10,356 bases of DNA from positions 1 through 10,356 of the forward strand of contig CDMY01000925.1 in the NCBI GenBank assembly GCA_001179505.1, written 5' to 3'. Position numbers and translations under genes: made by a program. This DNA comes from Vitrella brassicaformis CCMP3155 (taxonomy: Eukaryota > Protista > Chromerida). Below the pieces are notes generated by a model, which saw only the letters and a program-made list of their open reading frames with translations, did not search any database and was not told the origin of the DNA. Below are positions 8,845-10,356 of this stretch, one piece after another (positions within the stretch are counted from its first letter, which is position 1; each line of letters begins with the position of its first letter).

Positions 8845-9430
8845 GCGATGAGCGGGTGGGGTGCACTAGCAGACAGACAGACAGACAGATTCGCACCGCC
8901 TCACCTGTTGGTACTTGATTGCAGCTGCCAGCTCATCGCTGTCAGCCATCCTGCGGGAACACCTGATGAGCCAATTGATGAATCAATCAGTGACGCAATG
9001 CATTGCCGCACAAATCGGTGTGTGTGCTTCTCTTGCCTGTCTGTCTGTGTGCCAATGAACGAGTTGACTGACTGACTCACTTGAGCAGGGGTGTGTAGTG
9101 CGGGTGCGAGAGATGAGTGAAGATCTGTGGCAACGCCACGCACACACGCCGATTGACAAGCGCACCTGCACTCACAGACACACAGACACAGAGGTGCACG
9201 GTCAGATCTGTCAGCCACGGCCATGATATACTTGTAGTTGCTCGAAGGCGATACACGACTATGCGATCAGACGATGATCACAAGTTGAGATGCTCACACC
9301 AACAGATAATGCCCTCCCTGGAACAAAACAGCAATTGGTTTGCGAGCTCAGATTGCGGGGAAGACGAAAGGAAAACTGCTCGAAGTGAGCGCGGGTGAAG
9401 GTTGCCAACAAGGCTGACAGATCTCCACAT
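1170..9430 (-). CDS. valS: Valyl-tRNA synthetase (class I, eukaryotic cytosolic type), 46-exon model, 1148 aa long form / 1071 aa from Met at 8949
   Basis: Manually spliced, all GT-AG and phase-consistent. Exons in transcript order: 9430-9298, 9165-9081, 8962-8905, 8812-8761, 8676-8592, 8507-8462, 8371-8335, 8241-8165, 8082-7937, 7850-7750, 7342-7284, 7211-7125, 6998-6950, 6843-6764, 6690-6654, 6575-6513, 6406-6315, 6247-6151, 6055-5996, 5907-5843, 5730-5677, 5589-5529, 5409-5339, 5229-5147, 5075-5009, 4935-4846, 4732-4690, 4617-4510, 4404-4325, 4248-4191, 4077-3986, 3840-3799, 3703-3643, 3540-3470, 3382-3263, 3187-3126, 3041-2931, 2839-2813, 2755-2696, 2608-2533, 2458-2418, 2340-2278, 1826-1649, 1565-1518, 1446-1335, 1228-1170 (TGA). 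Motifs: [13 protein letters not shown] (HIGH), [29 protein letters not shown] and [12 protein letters not shown] (CP1 editing domain), [54 protein letters not shown] (KMSKS), [22 protein letters not shown], and a C-terminal coiled-coil arm. Exons 3-46 are high confidence; exons 1-2 are less certain. Confidence 0.97.
1905..2204. other. Assembly gap (300 N) inside valS intron 42
   Basis: Run of N flanked on both sides by A+G14; the flanking exons splice in phase. Confidence 0.95.
3844..3930. repeat. Compound (CA)n microsatellite with internal duplication, valS intron 31
   Basis: (CA)n blocks interrupted by CCA, and cacacacacagagcacacaca occurs twice. Representative of the (CA)n, (GA)n, (GATG)n and (CAGA)n tracts found in most introns of the window. 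Confidence 0.9.
4191..4248 (-). other. valS: ValRS exon carrying the KMSKS signature
   Basis: Translates as [19 protein letters not shown]; preceded by an AAG acceptor. Confidence 0.98.
4449..4494. repeat. Interstitial telomere-like repeats in head-to-head orientation within valS intron 28
   Basis: TTCAGGG TTTAGGG TTT (4449-4465), spacer ctgcg, then CCTAAA CCCTAAA CCCTAA CCCTA (4471-4494). Contains a perfect 14-bp inverted repeat 4452-4465 / 4474-4487. Confidence 0.85.
7349..7648. other. Assembly gap (300 N) inside valS intron 10
   Basis: Run of N flanked on both sides by CCTATCC; exons 10 and 11 join as [15 protein letters not shown]. Confidence 0.95.
7937..8082 (-). other. valS: ValRS exon carrying the class I HIGH signature
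   Basis: Translates as [48 protein letters not shown]. Confidence 0.98.
8950..9430 (-). CDS. Putative N-terminal organellar targeting extension of ValRS (exons 1-2 and start of exon 3, 77 aa)
   Basis: Exon 9430-9298 (donor T|GTGAGC), exon 9165-9081 (acceptor tgcag, donor A|GTGAGT) and acceptor catcag at 8962 give [77 protein letters not shown], in frame with [15 protein letters not shown]. It has 9 basic and 2 acidic residues, with none acidic in the first 27. Confidence 0.62.
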
Positions 9431-9432
9431 TG

Positions 9433-9513
9433 GTGAGGCAATACGGTGACTCAGAGGCAACTCATCCGTTCTGTCGTGAACTGCCCTTCTTCCCTTTCGT
9501 TGTGCCTCTGCAG
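9433..9513 (+). other. Putative 5'-UTR intron of the plus-strand gene
   Basis: G|GTGAGG donor, pyrimidine tract (ctgcccttcttccctttcgttgtgcctctg) and CAG acceptor; 81 nt, typical of intron sizes here; ends 37 nt before ATG 9551. Confidence 0.45.
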
Positions 9514-9550
9514 ACCATTCCCGCCCACAGAGAGAGATAGAGAGAAATAA

Positions 9551-9946
9551 ATGGGTGGCGTGCTGGGATTTTGCAGGAGGCGCAACGCACCTCCATCTGC
9601 CAACGGTACTACACACAGACGGAGTGACACACAGAGAGATGGTGGGTCCTTGCCTGCAGGCGAATATCCCAGGTATCGGAAGTGGTCCTTCAAGCTCGAT
9701 GAGGTCGAGATCGTTTTTCAAAGCGCCAGTGATGCAACTCGACGACTGGCCATGGGCATCATCCACCGCACCTTTACCAGCGCCGACCAAGTGACACAGC
9801 TCATTCAACAAGAAGGTGCCGACCCCAACATCGCACCGATCCTGTGGGCCAAGATCAGCCGGACCTACGACGACTACGATTGCCATCCGCTGCTCTCTCT
9901 GGCAATCGATAGCGATGCGAGGAAGGTGACAAAATCTTCAAATTGA
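9551..9946 (+). CDS. Hypothetical protein with a degenerate ankyrin-like GADPN segment; probable 54-nt intron 9606-9659; about 113 aa if spliced, possibly truncated
   Basis: ATG preceded by an in-frame TAA. G|gtacta...cctgcag|GC intron of 54 nt, frame-preserving. Protein MGGVLGFCRRR...DATRRLAMGIIHRTFTSADQVTQLIQQEGADPNIAPIL...HPLLSLAIDS. From recall it resembles a large Vitrella lineage-specific family; not verified by search. Confidence 0.7.
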   Translation: MGGVLGFCRRRNAPPSANGTTHRRSDTQRDGGSLPAGEYPRYRKWSFKLDEVEIVFQSASDATRRLAMGIIHRTFTSADQVTQLIQQEGADPNIAPILWAKISRTYDDYDCHPLLSLAIDSDARKVTKSSN

Positions 9947-10160
9947 TGTTTTACGGGTATAAGGGCTCATGAGTGTCCTCTCCTCTCTCCAACCACATGA
10001 CGCACCGAGGCCACTGCCATCTGGTCCGCCTCGGCACGACGCATACGACGATGTGCGATTCGTCGTGTGAGGCTCCCGGCCTCTCCGGCTGAGCACACGG
10101 CAGCCACGGACGTTGCATGGAGAAGCAAAAGCGCCCTTTCGGGGATTGAACTCGCCCTCC

Positions 10161-10356
10161 ATGCACCCACGAGTCGTGCTTTGCCCTCGAGTGGGCTGTG
10201 CGTTGACCCCAGTGGAGATGAATGAGGACTCAGCGGCGAGAGTGATCCAACGGTCGGCGAGAGCGTCTCTGTGGCGGCGACGAGATCAAGGACTCAGGAC
10301 GGGAGACGACTCTGATGCAGACGGCGAGGCTCCGGCAGCGCAGCCAGCACCAGAGG
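10161..10356 (+). CDS. Partial ORF running off the window end, with IQ-like motif
   Basis: Frame is open from 10071 to the window end, with ATGs at 10161 and 10218: MNEDSAARVIQRSARASLWRRRDQGLRTGDDSDADGEAPAAQPAPE. IQRSARASLWR fits IQxxxRxxxxR. Start and exon structure are uncertain. Confidence 0.35.
   Translation, partial: MHPRVVLCPRVGCALTPVEMNEDSAARVIQRSARASLWRRRDQGLRTGDDSDADGEAPAAQPAPE

Noticed and set aside
9081-9224. ATG 9224 as the valS start ([18 protein letters not shown]... or MAVADRSDR...)
   Set aside because: The first reading has no in-phase acceptor leading to Met 8949; the second needs a 34-nt intron, far below the 57-nt minimum seen here.
10100-10200. tRNA-like T-loop (minus strand GAGTTCAATCC) with GCCC/GGGC ends
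   Set aside because: Acceptor, D and T stems do not pair properly by eye; tRNAscan-SE would be needed and I expect no call.
1-10356. CRISPR array, prokaryotic operon, rRNA or transposase
   Set aside because: All repeats are simple microsatellites in spliceosomal introns; no repeat-spacer structure, rRNA or transposase motif was seen.

Overview
Eukaryotic, intron-rich genomic DNA. The (CA)n/(TG)n/(GATG)n-filled ~60-140 nt introns and the gene family at the right end suggest the chromerid alveolate Vitrella brassicaformis (inference from recall, no search run). About 80% of the window is one minus-strand valyl-tRNA synthetase gene, which I assembled by hand into 46 exons with consistent phases (9430 to 1170, 3447 nt, 1148 aa). 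It has a second in-frame Met at 8949 (1071 aa) preceded by a 77-aa presequence-like extension. Downstream on the same strand lies a set of splice-competent exons with no start codon (93-779). Divergently oriented on the plus strand are a short two-exon gene (9551-9946) and a partial ORF with an IQ-like motif running off the window. The most notable observations are possible dual targeting of ValRS, polarised complementary microsatellites in introns, a head-to-head telomere-like inverted repeat inside an intron, and two 300-N gaps that look like zero-length assembly breaks at G/C homopolymers.
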